DNA of 64,000 bases from Actinomycetales bacterium (lineage in GTDB: Bacteria > Actinomycetota > Actinomycetes > Actinomycetales > Cellulomonadaceae), in NCBI GenBank assembly GCA_038223605.1, contig JBBRGX010000001.1, forward strand, positions 26,953 to 90,952, in the 5' to 3' direction. This document shows, piece by piece, positions 38,024 through 47,816 of this stretch. How positions within the stretch are numbered: position 1 is the stretch's first letter; every line of letters starts with the position of its first letter. The position numbers were made by a program, and so were the translations under genes. Below the pieces are notes generated by a model. That model worked only from the letters and a program-made list of their open reading frames with translations, was not told where the DNA came from and did not search any database.

Positions 38024-38841
38024 CGGCGTGCTCCTCTGATCCCGTCGGCGATCCCCGAGACGGCCCGGCGGAGCGCGGCGATCCCCTCGCCGAGGCCGGG
38101 GGCGTCGAGCAGCGGGCGGACGAAGGCGCTCCCGACGATCACGCCGTCGGCATACCTGGCCACCTCGGCCGCCTGGGCAGGCGTGCTCACGCCGAGGCCG
38201 ACGCAGACGAAGTCGGCCCCTGCGGTGCGGGTGTCGGCGACGAGCCGTGCGGCGTCGGTCCCGACCGACGCCCGGGTCCCGGTCACGCCCATCGTGGAGG
38301 CGGCGTAGACGAAGCCCCGCGAGGCCGCCGCCGTCAGCGCCAGGCGCTCGGCTGTCGAGCTGGGGGCGACGAGGAAGACGCGGTCGAGGTCGTGCGCGTC
38401 CGACGCGCTCATCCACTCCCCCGCCTCGTCCGGGATCAGGTCGGGCGTGACGAGCCCGGCGCAGCCCGCCGCGGCGAGGTCCCTGGCGAAGGAGTCGACG
38501 CCATAGCGCAGCACAGGGTTCCAGTAGCTCATCACGAGCACCGGGGCACCGGTCGCGGCGATCGTCTCGACGGCGGCCATCACGTCCCGCACCTTCGTCC
38601 CGGCCGCGAGGGAGCGCTCGACGGCTTCCTGGATGGTCGGGCCGTCCATCACGGGGTCGGTGTACGGCAGACCGAGCTCGACGACGTCGGCGCCGGCGTC
38701 GACCATCGCGAGCGCGGCCTGAACGGAGGCATCGAGATCGGGGAAGCCGAGCGGCAGGTAGCCGACGAGCGCAGCCCTGCCCTGCTCGCGCAGTCCGTGC
38801 AGGTGGTCGGCCGTCCTGCTCCGAGCGACGACGGGGTTCAC
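38020..38841 (-). CDS. trpA: Tryptophan synthase alpha chain
   Basis: [21 protein letters not shown] and ADGVIVGSA. Confidence 0.95.
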   Translation of the reverse strand: MNPVVARSRTADHLHGLREQGRAALVGYLPLGFPDLDASVQAALAMVDAGADVVELGLPYTDPVMDGPTIQEAVERSLAAGTKVRDVMAAVETIAATGAPVLVMSYWNPVLRYGVDSFARDLAAAGCAGLVTPDLIPDEAGEWMSASDAHDLDRVFLVAPSSTAERLALTAAASRGFVYAASTMGVTGTRASVGTDAARLVADTRTAGADFVCVGLGVSTPAQAAEVARYADGVIVGSAFVRPLLDAPGLGEGIAALRRAVSGIADGIRGARR

Positions 38842-40163
38842 CCTCGGCCTTCCTTCTGCTCGGAGGAGGTGTCGTCGAGCATCCCGAACCACCGGGCTGC
38901 CGTGGCGACGTCCTTGTCCCCTCGCCCCGAGAGGTTGATGAGGATCACGGGCGGCTCGTCGAGCGACCAGTCGGCCAGCTGGGCGCCGAGCTGGAGCACG
39001 CCAGCCAGGGCGTGGGCCGACTCGATGGCCGGGATGATCCCCTCGGTACGGCACAGCAGCGAGAACGCGTCCATCGCCTCGACGTCGGTGACCGGGGAGT
39101 AGGCGACGCGACCGAGCTGGTGCAGCCAGGCGTGCTCGGGCCCGATGCTCGGGTAGTCGAGGCCGGCGGAGATCGAGTGCGTGGGCAGGGTCTGGCCGTC
39201 GTCGTCCTGGAGCAGGAACGACCGTGCGCCGTGGAGCACGCCGGGCGCGCCACCCGAGAACCTCGAGGCGTGCCGACCGGAGTCGACGCCGTCGCCACCG
39301 GCCTCGAAACCGAAGAGGCGGACGTCGGGCTCGTCGAGGAAGGCGTTGAAGATGCCGAGGGCGTTCGAACCGCCACCGACGCAGGCCGCGACCGCGTCCG
39401 GAAGCCGGCCGATCTCCTCGGCCAGCTGGGCGCGGGCCTCGTACCCGATCACCTGGTGGAAGTCGCGCACCATCTGCGGGAAGGGGTGCGGCCCGGTGAC
39501 GGTGCCGAGCAGGTAGTGCGTCGTCTCGACGTTGGCGACCCAGTCGCGCAGGGCCTCGTTGATCGCGTCCTTCAGGGTGCGCGAGCCGATCCGGACCGGG
39601 ATGACCTCAGCGCCGAGCAGGCGCATCCTGGCGACGTTGAGGGCCTGCCGCTGCGTGTCCTCCTCGCCCATGTACACGGTGCACTCGAGGTCGAGGAGCG
39701 CGGCTGCCGTCGCGGTGGCGACGCCGTGCTGACCGGCGCCGGTCTCGGCGATGACCCGCTTCTTGCCCATCCGCTTGACCAGCAGCGCCTGGCCGAGGAC
39801 GTTGTTGATCTTGTGGGAGCCGGTGTGGTTGAGGTCCTCGCGCTTGAGGAAGACCCTCGCTCCCCCGCCGACGTGCGACGCGAACCGCTGCGCCTCGGTG
39901 AGCGGGCTCGGCCGGCCCGTGTAGGTGCGGTGCAGCCGCTCGAGCTCGCGACCGAACGCCGGGTCCGCGAGGGCCTTGTGATAGGCCGTGTCGAGCTCGT
40001 CGAGCGCGGCAACGAGGGCCTCCGGGACGTACCGGCCGCCGAAGTCGCCGAAGTACGGGCCGGACGCACCGGCCAGCGGGCCCCTGATGCTCCCGGCACC
40101 GAGCGCGTTGATGGTCTCGTGGAGGGCTGCAGCAGCTGCCCGTCCACCGCGGGGTTCGATCAC
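38838..40163 (-). CDS. trpB: Tryptophan synthase beta chain
   Basis: [24 protein letters not shown] and NLSGRGDKD. Confidence 0.97.
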   Translation of the reverse strand: MIEPRGGRAAAAALHETINALGAGSIRGPLAGASGPYFGDFGGRYVPEALVAALDELDTAYHKALADPAFGRELERLHRTYTGRPSPLTEAQRFASHVGGGARVFLKREDLNHTGSHKINNVLGQALLVKRMGKKRVIAETGAGQHGVATATAAALLDLECTVYMGEEDTQRQALNVARMRLLGAEVIPVRIGSRTLKDAINEALRDWVANVETTHYLLGTVTGPHPFPQMVRDFHQVIGYEARAQLAEEIGRLPDAVAACVGGGSNALGIFNAFLDEPDVRLFGFEAGGDGVDSGRHASRFSGGAPGVLHGARSFLLQDDDGQTLPTHSISAGLDYPSIGPEHAWLHQLGRVAYSPVTDVEAMDAFSLLCRTEGIIPAIESAHALAGVLQLGAQLADWSLDEPPVILINLSGRGDKDVATAARWFGMLDDTSSEQKEGRG

Positions 40164-40972
40164 TGACGCACCGCCCGCAGCGAGGGATGGGCACCGGCGG
40201 CCACGAGGTCGGCGACTGCCGCCCGTGGGTCCTTCCCGGTCACGAGGGCCTCGCCGACCAGGACGGCATCCGCACCCGAGCGGGCGTAGTCCATGACGTC
40301 GTGCGGCCCACGCACCCCTGACTCGGCGATCCGGACGATCCCTGACGGGATGAGCGGGGCGAGCCGGGCGAACGTGGTCCGGTCGACCTCGAGGTTCTTC
40401 AAGTTCCTGGCGTTGACGCCGATCGCCCGGGCGCCGGCGTCGACCGCGCGAGCGACCTCGTCGACGTCGTGCACCTCGACGAGCGCCGTCATCCCGAGCG
40501 AGTGCACCCGCTCGACGAGCGAGGTCAGCACCGTCTGCTCCAGGGCGGCGACGATGAGCAGGACGAGGTCCGCTCCGTGCGCCCGCGCCTCCCAGACCTG
40601 GTACGGCGTGACGACGAAGTCCTTGCGGAGCACCGGGACGTCGACGGCACCGCGCACGGCGTCCAGGTCGGCGAGGCTCCCGTTGAAGCGACGCTTCTCG
40701 GTGAGCACCGAGATCGCTGCGGCGCCGCCCTGCTCGTAGAGCGCCGCGAGGGCTGCGGGATCCTGGATCTCGGCCAGGGCGCCCTTGCTGGGGCTCGACC
40801 GCTTGACCTCCGCGATGACCACGACCGCCTCGTCGTCGTGCAGGCGGACGAGGGCGTCCATCGCCTCGGGCACGCGGGACGCACGTTCCTTGACCGCCCC
40901 CAGCGGCGTCGCTTCCTCACGGACAGCGAGGTCCTCGCGGACGCCGGCCACGATGTCTTCCAGGATCGTCAT
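40160..40972 (-). CDS. trpC: Indole-3-glycerol phosphate synthase
   Basis: [24 protein letters not shown] and AESG. Confidence 0.96.
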   Translation of the reverse strand: MTILEDIVAGVREDLAVREEATPLGAVKERASRVPEAMDALVRLHDDEAVVVIAEVKRSSPSKGALAEIQDPAALAALYEQGGAAAISVLTEKRRFNGSLADLDAVRGAVDVPVLRKDFVVTPYQVWEARAHGADLVLLIVAALEQTVLTSLVERVHSLGMTALVEVHDVDEVARAVDAGARAIGVNARNLKNLEVDRTTFARLAPLIPSGIVRIAESGVRGPHDVMDYARSGADAVLVGEALVTGKDPRAAVADLVAAGAHPSLRAVRQ

Positions 40973-41131
40973 GGACTGCTACCTCCTCCGAGCCGTCCCC
41001 CGCTGGCCGACCGTGCCATCGTAGGCCAGCCCCGGGATCGTGCCCGACGCGTCCACCCCCCGGGCGGACCTTGCGGACCTGAAGGGGCTGCCGAGCCCAC
41101 CGGCCCCGACCCCCACCACCGAGGGTGGGGG

Positions 41132-41407
41132 TCAGTGCGCTCCGTCCGACGTCCGTCCGGCGTCCGGGCCCGGCTGACCGAGGCCGAGCATCTTGAGCAC
41201 GCGCCCGGCGACGAGCCCGGCGAGGACGATGCCGGCGCCGACCCACACGACCGGGACGAGGGCGAAGACCATCGCCACCGAGGCGACGACCCCACCGAGG
41301 ACGACGAGGAGAACCGTCACCCAGGCTGCGGTGGTGTTGCCGTGGTTGATCGGCGGGCTCGAGGGGGGCAGGTGGTCGCGCTCTGCGGCCGGGTTCGTCT
41401 CAGTCAT
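41132..41407 (-). CDS. HGxxPAAW-like small membrane protein
   Basis: HGNTTAAW followed by two TM helices; usual position between trpE and trpC. Confidence 0.8.
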   Translation of the reverse strand: MTETNPAAERDHLPPSSPPINHGNTTAAWVTVLLVVLGGVVASVAMVFALVPVVWVGAGIVLAGLVAGRVLKMLGLGQPGPDAGRTSDGAH

Positions 41408-41504
41408 CCACTGTCTCCATCCTGTGTGGCTGCGAGCGTAGTCGTCCTGGATCGTCCTCGTCCGCGGGGTCGAGGGGTGGGCGTCCACGGCCTCGCCGGC
41501 AACC

Positions 41505-42101
41505 TCAGGTCGGGTCCTCACCTCGGCTCAGGGCCTCCCAGACCTCGGCGACGTCGTGGTCCGCCCGATCGTCCGGCGCAGGCACGACGCCCGTCGTCGC
41601 CTCGTTCCGCTCCGCACGGTCCTCGGGCTTCTCGAAACGCTGCGACGGACCGGACCAGCGCCGCGAGGCCCGGCCACCGGCGACCGCGAGACCGACCACC
41701 GCCGCGCCCAGGAGCGCGGTGAGCCACGGCCACGGCGTGAGCCGCGGCTCCCCGGTGAGCACGGCCACCCCGACGGCCTCGAGGGCCGCGCTCAGCGCAG
41801 CGGACCGGGCCGCCCCGAAGGCAGCGAGCGCTGACGCCGTCACCAGGATGCCACCGAGCGCGAGGGCGAGGAGCGCGAGTCGTTGCCCCCACCGCCGCCC
41901 GAGCGCCAGGGCGAGGGCAGCGGCAGCCACCACGAGCGCCCCAGCGCCGGTACCGGGCGCGAGGCTCGTCCCGGTCACGGCGAGCGGCACCCGCGCGACG
42001 CTCGGGCTCGACGTCGCGGCCAGAACCCAGTGCGGGGCCGCGCAGGCGGCGACGAGCACGGCGAGGGCGAGGGCGACGAGCACGACGGCCCGACGCGTCA
42101 C
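41505..42101 (-). CDS. Trp biosynthesis-associated membrane protein
   Basis: Hydrophobic; C-terminal WEALSRGEDPT signature; directly follows trpE. Confidence 0.85.
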   Translation of the reverse strand: MTRRAVVLVALALAVLVAACAAPHWVLAATSSPSVARVPLAVTGTSLAPGTGAGALVVAAAALALALGRRWGQRLALLALALGGILVTASALAAFGAARSAALSAALEAVGVAVLTGEPRLTPWPWLTALLGAAVVGLAVAGGRASRRWSGPSQRFEKPEDRAERNEATTGVVPAPDDRADHDVAEVWEALSRGEDPT

Positions 42102-43645
42102 GAGCCCGCTCGCCGCAGCCGCGAGGCGATCTGCACGGCCCGGACCGCGGCTGCTGCCTTGTTCCGCGACTCGAGGTACTCGGTCGCGGGCACCGAGTCC
42201 GCGACGATCCCGCCACCCGCCTGCACGCTGGCTCGGCCCTCGCGGATGAAGGCGGTGCGGATCGCGATCGCCATGTCCATGTCCCCGGCGAAGTCGAAGT
42301 AGCCGATCGTCCCGCCGTAGATCCCCCGCCGAGCCGGCTCGATCTCGTCGATGAGCGCGATCGCCCGCGGCTTGGGGGCACCGGAGAGGGTTCCGGCCGG
42401 GAACGTCGCCATGAAGGTCTGGAGCGCCGTGGCACCGACGCGCAGCCGGCCGGTGACCGTCGAGCAGAGGTGGATGATGTGGCTGAACCGACGGGCCACC
42501 ATGAACTCCACGACCTCGACGGTGGTCGGTTGGCAGACCTTGACGAGGTCGTTGCGCGAGAGGTCCAGCAGCATCACGTGCTCGGCGAGCTCCTTGGGGT
42601 CAGCGAGCAGATCGGCGATGAGCGCCGCGTCCTCTTCATGATCGGCTCCGCGCGGACGCGAGCCGGCGATCGGGTAGGTCACGACGCGGTCGCCGGTGAC
42701 CTTGACCAGCGTCTCCGGGCTCGAGCCCACGACGGCGAAGGCCCGCCCGGCGGGGTCCTCCAGCTGCAGGTAGTACATGTAGGGGCTCGGGTTGATGGTG
42801 CGCAGCACGCGGTACACGTCGAGCGGGTCGGCCGGGCAGTCGAGGTCGAGCCGTTGCGACAGGACCACCTGGAAGACCTCACCCTCCCGGATCGCCTCCT
42901 TGCCGAGCAGCACGGACTGCTCGAACTCCTCGCGGCTGCTGCGGAACTCCAGCTCCGGCTCGTCGCCGTCGACGAGGACACCTGGTGCGGAGTCCGTCCC
43001 TTCGGCGAGGACGCGCTCCATGTCGTCGAGCCGCGCGACCGCATCGGCATGCGCCTCGTCGACCCTCGCGTCGGTGTCGTCGAAGTTGATCGCGTTCGCG
43101 ATCAGCCACACGGAGCCGTCGACGTGGTCGACGACCGCGAGGTCGCTCGCGAGGCAGAGGGTCACCTCGGGGACGTCGAGCTCGTCGGGCGCAACGGCGG
43201 GGAGCGTCGGCTCCCAGTGACGCACGACGTCCCAGCCCATCGCCCCGACCAGGCCGCCGGTGAGCGGCGGAAGGCCGGGCAGCGCCGGGGTGCGCAGCGC
43301 CTCCAGGGTGCCCGCGAGCACCTCCATGACGTCACCGTCGGTCGGGACGCCGACGGGGACGTCGCCGGTCCAGACCGCGCGACCGTCCGCGACGGAGAGG
43401 GTCGCGCGGGAGCGCACGCCGACGAAGGAGTACCGCGACCAGCTGCCGTCGACCTCGGCCGACTCCAGCACGAAGGTGCCAGGTCGGCCCTGGGCGAGGG
43501 TGCGGTACAGGCCGACAGGGGTGATCTCGTCGGCCAGGAGGCGTCGCACGACGGGGACGACGCGGCGGTCGGCGGCGAGCTCGCGGAAGGCGTCCAGCGA
43601 CGGCCAGGTCGTGCCCCAGGCGAGGGGCTGCGGGACGGCGATCAT
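42098..43645 (-). CDS. trpE: Anthranilate synthase component I
   Basis: [34 protein letters not shown] and [10 protein letters not shown]. Confidence 0.95.
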   Translation of the reverse strand: MIAVPQPLAWGTTWPSLDAFRELAADRRVVPVVRRLLADEITPVGLYRTLAQGRPGTFVLESAEVDGSWSRYSFVGVRSRATLSVADGRAVWTGDVPVGVPTDGDVMEVLAGTLEALRTPALPGLPPLTGGLVGAMGWDVVRHWEPTLPAVAPDELDVPEVTLCLASDLAVVDHVDGSVWLIANAINFDDTDARVDEAHADAVARLDDMERVLAEGTDSAPGVLVDGDEPELEFRSSREEFEQSVLLGKEAIREGEVFQVVLSQRLDLDCPADPLDVYRVLRTINPSPYMYYLQLEDPAGRAFAVVGSSPETLVKVTGDRVVTYPIAGSRPRGADHEEDAALIADLLADPKELAEHVMLLDLSRNDLVKVCQPTTVEVVEFMVARRFSHIIHLCSTVTGRLRVGATALQTFMATFPAGTLSGAPKPRAIALIDEIEPARRGIYGGTIGYFDFAGDMDMAIAIRTAFIREGRASVQAGGGIVADSVPATEYLESRNKAAAAVRAVQIASRLRRAGS

Positions 43646-44001
43646 GCGCCGACCACCGCGCCGAGGTCGCCGCCCGCCTCGAAACAGCTGCGCATCCCGG
43701 TGTGGCACGCCGCACCGACCTGCTCGACCCGGACGAGCACGGCATCGCCGTCGCAGTCGAGCGCGACGGAGCGGACGTGCTGCACGTGCCCGGAGGTGTC
43801 GCCCTTGCGCCAGTAGGTCTGCCGCGACCTGCTCCAGAACGTCACCCGACCGGAGGTCAGGGTGCGGTGCAGCGCCTCGTCGTCCATCCAGCCGACCATG
43901 AGCACCTCATGGCTGTCGTGCTGCTGGACGACGGCGCAGACCAGGCCGTCGGCGTCGCGCTTGAGGCGAGCCGCGAGGTCGGGATCAAGGGTCGAGGGCA
44001 C
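43642..44001 (-). CDS. hisI: Phosphoribosyl-AMP cyclohydrolase
   Basis: WSRSR..W.KG.TSG, DCDGD and ACHTG..SCF. Confidence 0.95.
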   Translation of the reverse strand: MPSTLDPDLAARLKRDADGLVCAVVQQHDSHEVLMVGWMDDEALHRTLTSGRVTFWSRSRQTYWRKGDTSGHVQHVRSVALDCDGDAVLVRVEQVGAACHTGMRSCFEAGGDLGAVVGA

Positions 44002-44262
44002 GCGACGATCCTGCCATGCGACGCCCGTGGCAACAGCCCGACGACCGCCCGGCCGGCCACGCCGGGCATCGCGCCCACCGTGACCGACCGGCTCGGGCGG
44101 CTGCCGGGTCCGCGATCCCGGCCAGGTCTCGCGGGGTGGAGACCGGCGCCGGGCCGGTCCGGAGCTCGAGGGCCGTGTGGCTGAGGGATCCGTTGCCGAG
44201 CGCCTGGTCCTGGAGGGCGGTCAGGTCGTCGTCGACGCCCTGGTCGGGGAGCTGCCGACGGC

Positions 44263-45090
44263 TCAGGCACGGGCCGAGGACGCCCGGCCCGTCGCCTCCT
44301 CGGCCACGGCCGGCACGAGCGAGGTGTCCCCTTGCTCGACATAGCCGTCCTCGCGGGACTTGGCCAGCGCGATCGCCAGCACGAGGAGCCCGAAGAGAGG
44401 CTTGGCGAGCACGTCGGCGACCGAGTAGCCGACCTGTCGGGCGACCTCGGCAACGACCTGGTCGTCGATCACGGACGGCAGGACGTACGCGAGCGGGTAC
44501 ACCGTCCAGGTCACCAGGATGATGTAGCGGAGCCAGCCGAGCATGCGTCGCACGCTCTCGCTCTGACGCTCGAGCGACCTGCCCAGCTCGCCGAAGAGCA
44601 CGTAGAGGATGTAGAGGAACGGCAGGGTGCCGAGCACGCCCCAGACGATCCGTGCCGTGCCCCCGGCAGCCGAGACCTCGCCGGGGTAGCCGAGCACGAT
44701 CATCGCGGTCGCCGCGACCGAGAGACGGATGAGCAGGCTGCGGGTCCTGCCCGCCTCCAGCTTGAGCACGACGACGAGCTCGGCGAGCAGGAGCGGAACC
44801 GTGAGCAGCCAGTCGACGTAGCGGTAGGCCTCGTTGAACGGCTTGCCGTCCTGGACCCATGCGCCGTCGGTGAAGCTGAACGCGTCGGACCACGAACCGA
44901 AGATGCGGACGTAGTGGTAGAGGGCGATGCCGACCACCAGGGTGGACAGGGTCAGAGCCATCCGGTGGCGCGGCGCCACCTTCCCTCGCACGAGGAGGAA
45001 GAAGACGAAGGCGGCACCCATCGAGGCGATGACGAACGAGAACGCGTTGTAGACGAGGGTGTACTGGCCCTCGGTGAGCACCAGGTCCAT
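44263..45090 (-). CDS. Microbial rhodopsin, xanthorhodopsin/actinorhodopsin-like DTE proton pump
   Basis: 7 TM helices; YHY (His), FNEAYRYVDWLLTVPLLLAE (D-T-E), LGYPGE, W..YP and ADVLAK (retinal Lys); GAAGGAGA RBS. Confidence 0.93.
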   Translation of the reverse strand: MDLVLTEGQYTLVYNAFSFVIASMGAAFVFFLLVRGKVAPRHRMALTLSTLVVGIALYHYVRIFGSWSDAFSFTDGAWVQDGKPFNEAYRYVDWLLTVPLLLAELVVVLKLEAGRTRSLLIRLSVAATAMIVLGYPGEVSAAGGTARIVWGVLGTLPFLYILYVLFGELGRSLERQSESVRRMLGWLRYIILVTWTVYPLAYVLPSVIDDQVVAEVARQVGYSVADVLAKPLFGLLVLAIALAKSREDGYVEQGDTSLVPAVAEEATGRASSARA

Positions 45091-45136
45091 GACGATCTCC
45101 TTCGATAGTCCGCGGCCAGGGTGGCCGTCGGCCCAG

Positions 45137-45170
45137 TTAACATCCTTTAGTCGTAATTAGCAGAACTTAG
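45137..45170. promoter_or_regulatory. Four TTA(A/G) repeats at 10-bp period: putative CarH-type operator
   Basis: TTAA 45137, TTAG 45147, TTAG 45157 and TTAG 45167 in an AT-rich patch between the divergent genes. Confidence 0.65.
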
Positions 45171-45204
45171 CGCAGTGACGCCCGGACCGGCCTACCGTGG
45201 GGGG

Positions 45205-45993
45205 ATGCAGACACCCGGTGGCGCGATCGGGCTCCGCGACGCGGCAGCCGAGCTCGGCGTGCACTACCAGACGGCCTACCGGTGGGTCCGCGACGGTCGT
45301 CTCCCGGCTCGACTGGTCGCCGGCACGTACCTCGTCGAGGTCGACGACGTCGCTGAGCTCGCCCGGGAGCGCGCAGCTCCAGCGCCGCCCCCGGTCCCCG
45401 GTCCGCGACGGCTGGCGGGCCAGGCCATCCGCATGCACGAGGCCCTCGTCGCCGGCGACGACGCGCTGGCCCGCCGGATCGCCCGGCGCCTGGTCGACGA
45501 GGGCACCCCTCTCGTCGAGCTCGTCGAGCAGGTGCTCGCACCTGCGCTGCGTCGGATCGGGCAGTCGTGGCACGACGGGGAGGCCGCCATCTGGGTCGAG
45601 CACCGCGCCTCCGCGATCGTCGAGCGGATCCTCGGTGAGGCCACCCCGAACCCGCGAGGGCGTCGGCGCGGGACCGTCCTCGTCGCCGCCGCGAGCGGCG
45701 ACCTGCACTCGCTTCCGACGGCGATGGCCGCCGCAGCACTGCGCGAGGACCACTGGCATGTCGAGCACCTCGGTGCGAACATGCCGGCGGAGGACCTCGT
45801 GGGCTTCTGCGCGCAGCACGAGGTCTCGGTGGCCGTGCTCTCGGTGACGACCAGCGCCGTCGCCCCGGTGGTGGCGGCAACGGCAGAAGCGCTGCGCACG
45901 TCGGGCACGCCCGTCGTCGTGGGCGGTGCCGGCCGGAGCCTCGCCGAGATGGTCGAGGCAGTCCGCGAGCTGGCGCGCACGCGCGTCGCGTAG
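45205..45993 (+). CDS. Cobalamin-binding CarH/LitR-like regulator with MerR/excisionase-type HTH
   Basis: HTH LRDAAAELGVHYQTAYRWVRDG; W-x9-EH (WHDGEAAIWVEH); DLHSLP, LGAN.P, LSVT and VVGG B12 motifs. -10 TACCGT lies 6 nt before ATG 45205 (alternative start GTG 45175). Confidence 0.85.
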   Translation: MQTPGGAIGLRDAAAELGVHYQTAYRWVRDGRLPARLVAGTYLVEVDDVAELARERAAPAPPPVPGPRRLAGQAIRMHEALVAGDDALARRIARRLVDEGTPLVELVEQVLAPALRRIGQSWHDGEAAIWVEHRASAIVERILGEATPNPRGRRRGTVLVAAASGDLHSLPTAMAAAALREDHWHVEHLGANMPAEDLVGFCAQHEVSVAVLSVTTSAVAPVVAATAEALRTSGTPVVVGGAGRSLAEMVEAVRELARTRVA

Positions 45994-46028
45994 GGCGAGG
46001 ATCGCCAGCGCGAGGGTCGCGGGAAGGC

Positions 46029-47816
46029 TCAGCGGGTCTGTGAGGTCCAGGCCTCGTGCATCGCGGCGTAGGGGCCGCTCTGCCGGACGAGCTGCGCATG
46101 CGGCCCGACCTGGACGATGCGTCCCGTCTCGACGACGACGACGAGGTCGGCGGCCTCGGCCGTCGAGAGCCGGTGGGCGACGGTGATCGTCGTGCGGCCG
46201 GCGACGAGCCGGTCCAGCGCCACGGCGATCCGCACGTCGGTCGCCGGGTCGACGGCGCTCGTCGCCTCGTCGAGGACGAGGAGGTCAGCGCCGGCCAGGT
46301 GCGCCCTGGCGAGGGAGACGAGCTGCCGCTCCCCCGCCGAGAGGCGGTCGCCCCGCTGGCCGACGTCGGTGTCCAGGCCGTCGGGAAGGGCCGCCAGCCA
46401 GTCGGCGAGACCGAGCTCGTCGAAGGCGCGCAGGAGCAGGTGCGGCGCGACGGGCTCATCGGACCGGGCCCCGTAGGCGACGTTCTGCGCCAGCGTGCCG
46501 TCGAAGAGGAAACCTTCCTGCGGGACGAGCACCACGCGCCGGCGGATCGAGTCGAGAGCGAGCTCGCGCAGGTCGGCGCCGTCGAGCAGCACCGCACCCT
46601 CGTCCGGGTCGACGAGCCGCGTGACGAGCTTGACGAGCGTCGACTTGCCCGAACCGGTCGCCCCGACCACCGCGACCTTCTGCCCGGCACCGACCACGAG
46701 GTCGATGTCGCGAAGCACGGGCGGCCCGCCGGGATAGGCGTAGGACACACCCCGCAGGTCCACCGATGCCGGACCGCTGGCGCTCACGACCCCGCCGCCC
46801 ACCGGGTCGGCGACGTCCACCGGTGTGTCGAGGACCCCGAGGACACGACGCCAGCCCGCCAGGGCGTTCTGCAGCTCGTTGAGGATCTCGGTCGCCATCT
46901 GGACCGGACCGGTGAAGAGCTGGATGAGGAAGAGGAAGGCGACCAGGCGCCCCGCACTCAGGGAGCCGCCGACGCCGAGCAGCGTCCCGACGACGACCAC
47001 GACGCCGAGCACTCCGTAGGAGACCAGGACCCCGCTGGAGAAGACGACAGCGACGCGGTTCTGCGCGCGTACCTGGGCTCGCCAGTTCTGGTCGACGGCC
47101 TGGTCGATCCGTCGCTGGGTGCGCGCGGTCACGCCGTACGCCCGGACCGTCTCCGCGCCGACGACGGCCTCGGAGATCGCCCCGAGCATGGCGCCGACCG
47201 ACTGACGCACGGCGCCGTAGGCGGCGCCCACCTTGGCCTGCGCCGGCCGCAGCACGAGCACGAGCGGGACGAAGCAGGCCCAGACGACGAGCGTCAGCTG
47301 CCATGACCAGATCGCCATGAGGACGGTCGCCGCGCCGATCTGCAGGACCGAGACGAGCAGCATGATCCCGCCCCACTGGACGAACAGGGAGATCGTGTCG
47401 ACGTCGCTGGTCACCCTCGAGACGAGGCTTCCGCGGCGTTCGCTGCCCTGGGTCAGCACGGAGAGGTCGTGCACGTGCCGGAAGGCCGCCACCCGCAGCC
47501 GCGCGAGCCCGGCCTCGCTCGAACGGAACAGGCGGACGTTGACCACGGCGGAGCAGACACCGGCGACGACGAGCGCCGCAGCAGCCAGCACGACGTACCG
47601 CACGAGCAGCCCGTCACCCGCACCGCCCGGGACCACGACGGTGTCGATCGTTCGCTGCACGACGAGCGGGACGACGATCCGTCCGGCGGCCGCGAGCACG
47701 GCGAGGACGAGCGTGAGCGCGAGGCCCTGGGCGATCTCCGGGGAGATCTCCAGGCCCCGGCGCAGCGTGGCGCGCGTGCCGAGGCTGCTGGTCGAGTCGA
47801 GGCGTGCTCCGCTCAT
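46029..47816 (-). CDS. ABC exporter, fused permease/ATPase (heterodimer subunit)
   Basis: TMD plus GATGSGKS, LSAGERQ, LDEAT and AHRL. Confidence 0.92.
   Translation of the reverse strand: MSGARLDSTSSLGTRATLRRGLEISPEIAQGLALTLVLAVLAAAGRIVVPLVVQRTIDTVVVPGGAGDGLLVRYVVLAAAALVVAGVCSAVVNVRLFRSSEAGLARLRVAAFRHVHDLSVLTQGSERRGSLVSRVTSDVDTISLFVQWGGIMLLVSVLQIGAATVLMAIWSWQLTLVVWACFVPLVLVLRPAQAKVGAAYGAVRQSVGAMLGAISEAVVGAETVRAYGVTARTQRRIDQAVDQNWRAQVRAQNRVAVVFSSGVLVSYGVLGVVVVVGTLLGVGGSLSAGRLVAFLFLIQLFTGPVQMATEILNELQNALAGWRRVLGVLDTPVDVADPVGGGVVSASGPASVDLRGVSYAYPGGPPVLRDIDLVVGAGQKVAVVGATGSGKSTLVKLVTRLVDPDEGAVLLDGADLRELALDSIRRRVVLVPQEGFLFDGTLAQNVAYGARSDEPVAPHLLLRAFDELGLADWLAALPDGLDTDVGQRGDRLSAGERQLVSLARAHLAGADLLVLDEATSAVDPATDVRIAVALDRLVAGRTTITVAHRLSTAEAADLVVVVETGRIVQVGPHAQLVRQSGPYAAMHEAWTSQTR

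Noticed and set aside
44263-45090. Heliorhodopsin or Na+/Cl- pump identity
   Set aside because: Helix C has the D-T-E motif and helix G has DxxAK, typical of type-1 outward proton pumps, not NDQ/NTQ or heliorhodopsin motifs.
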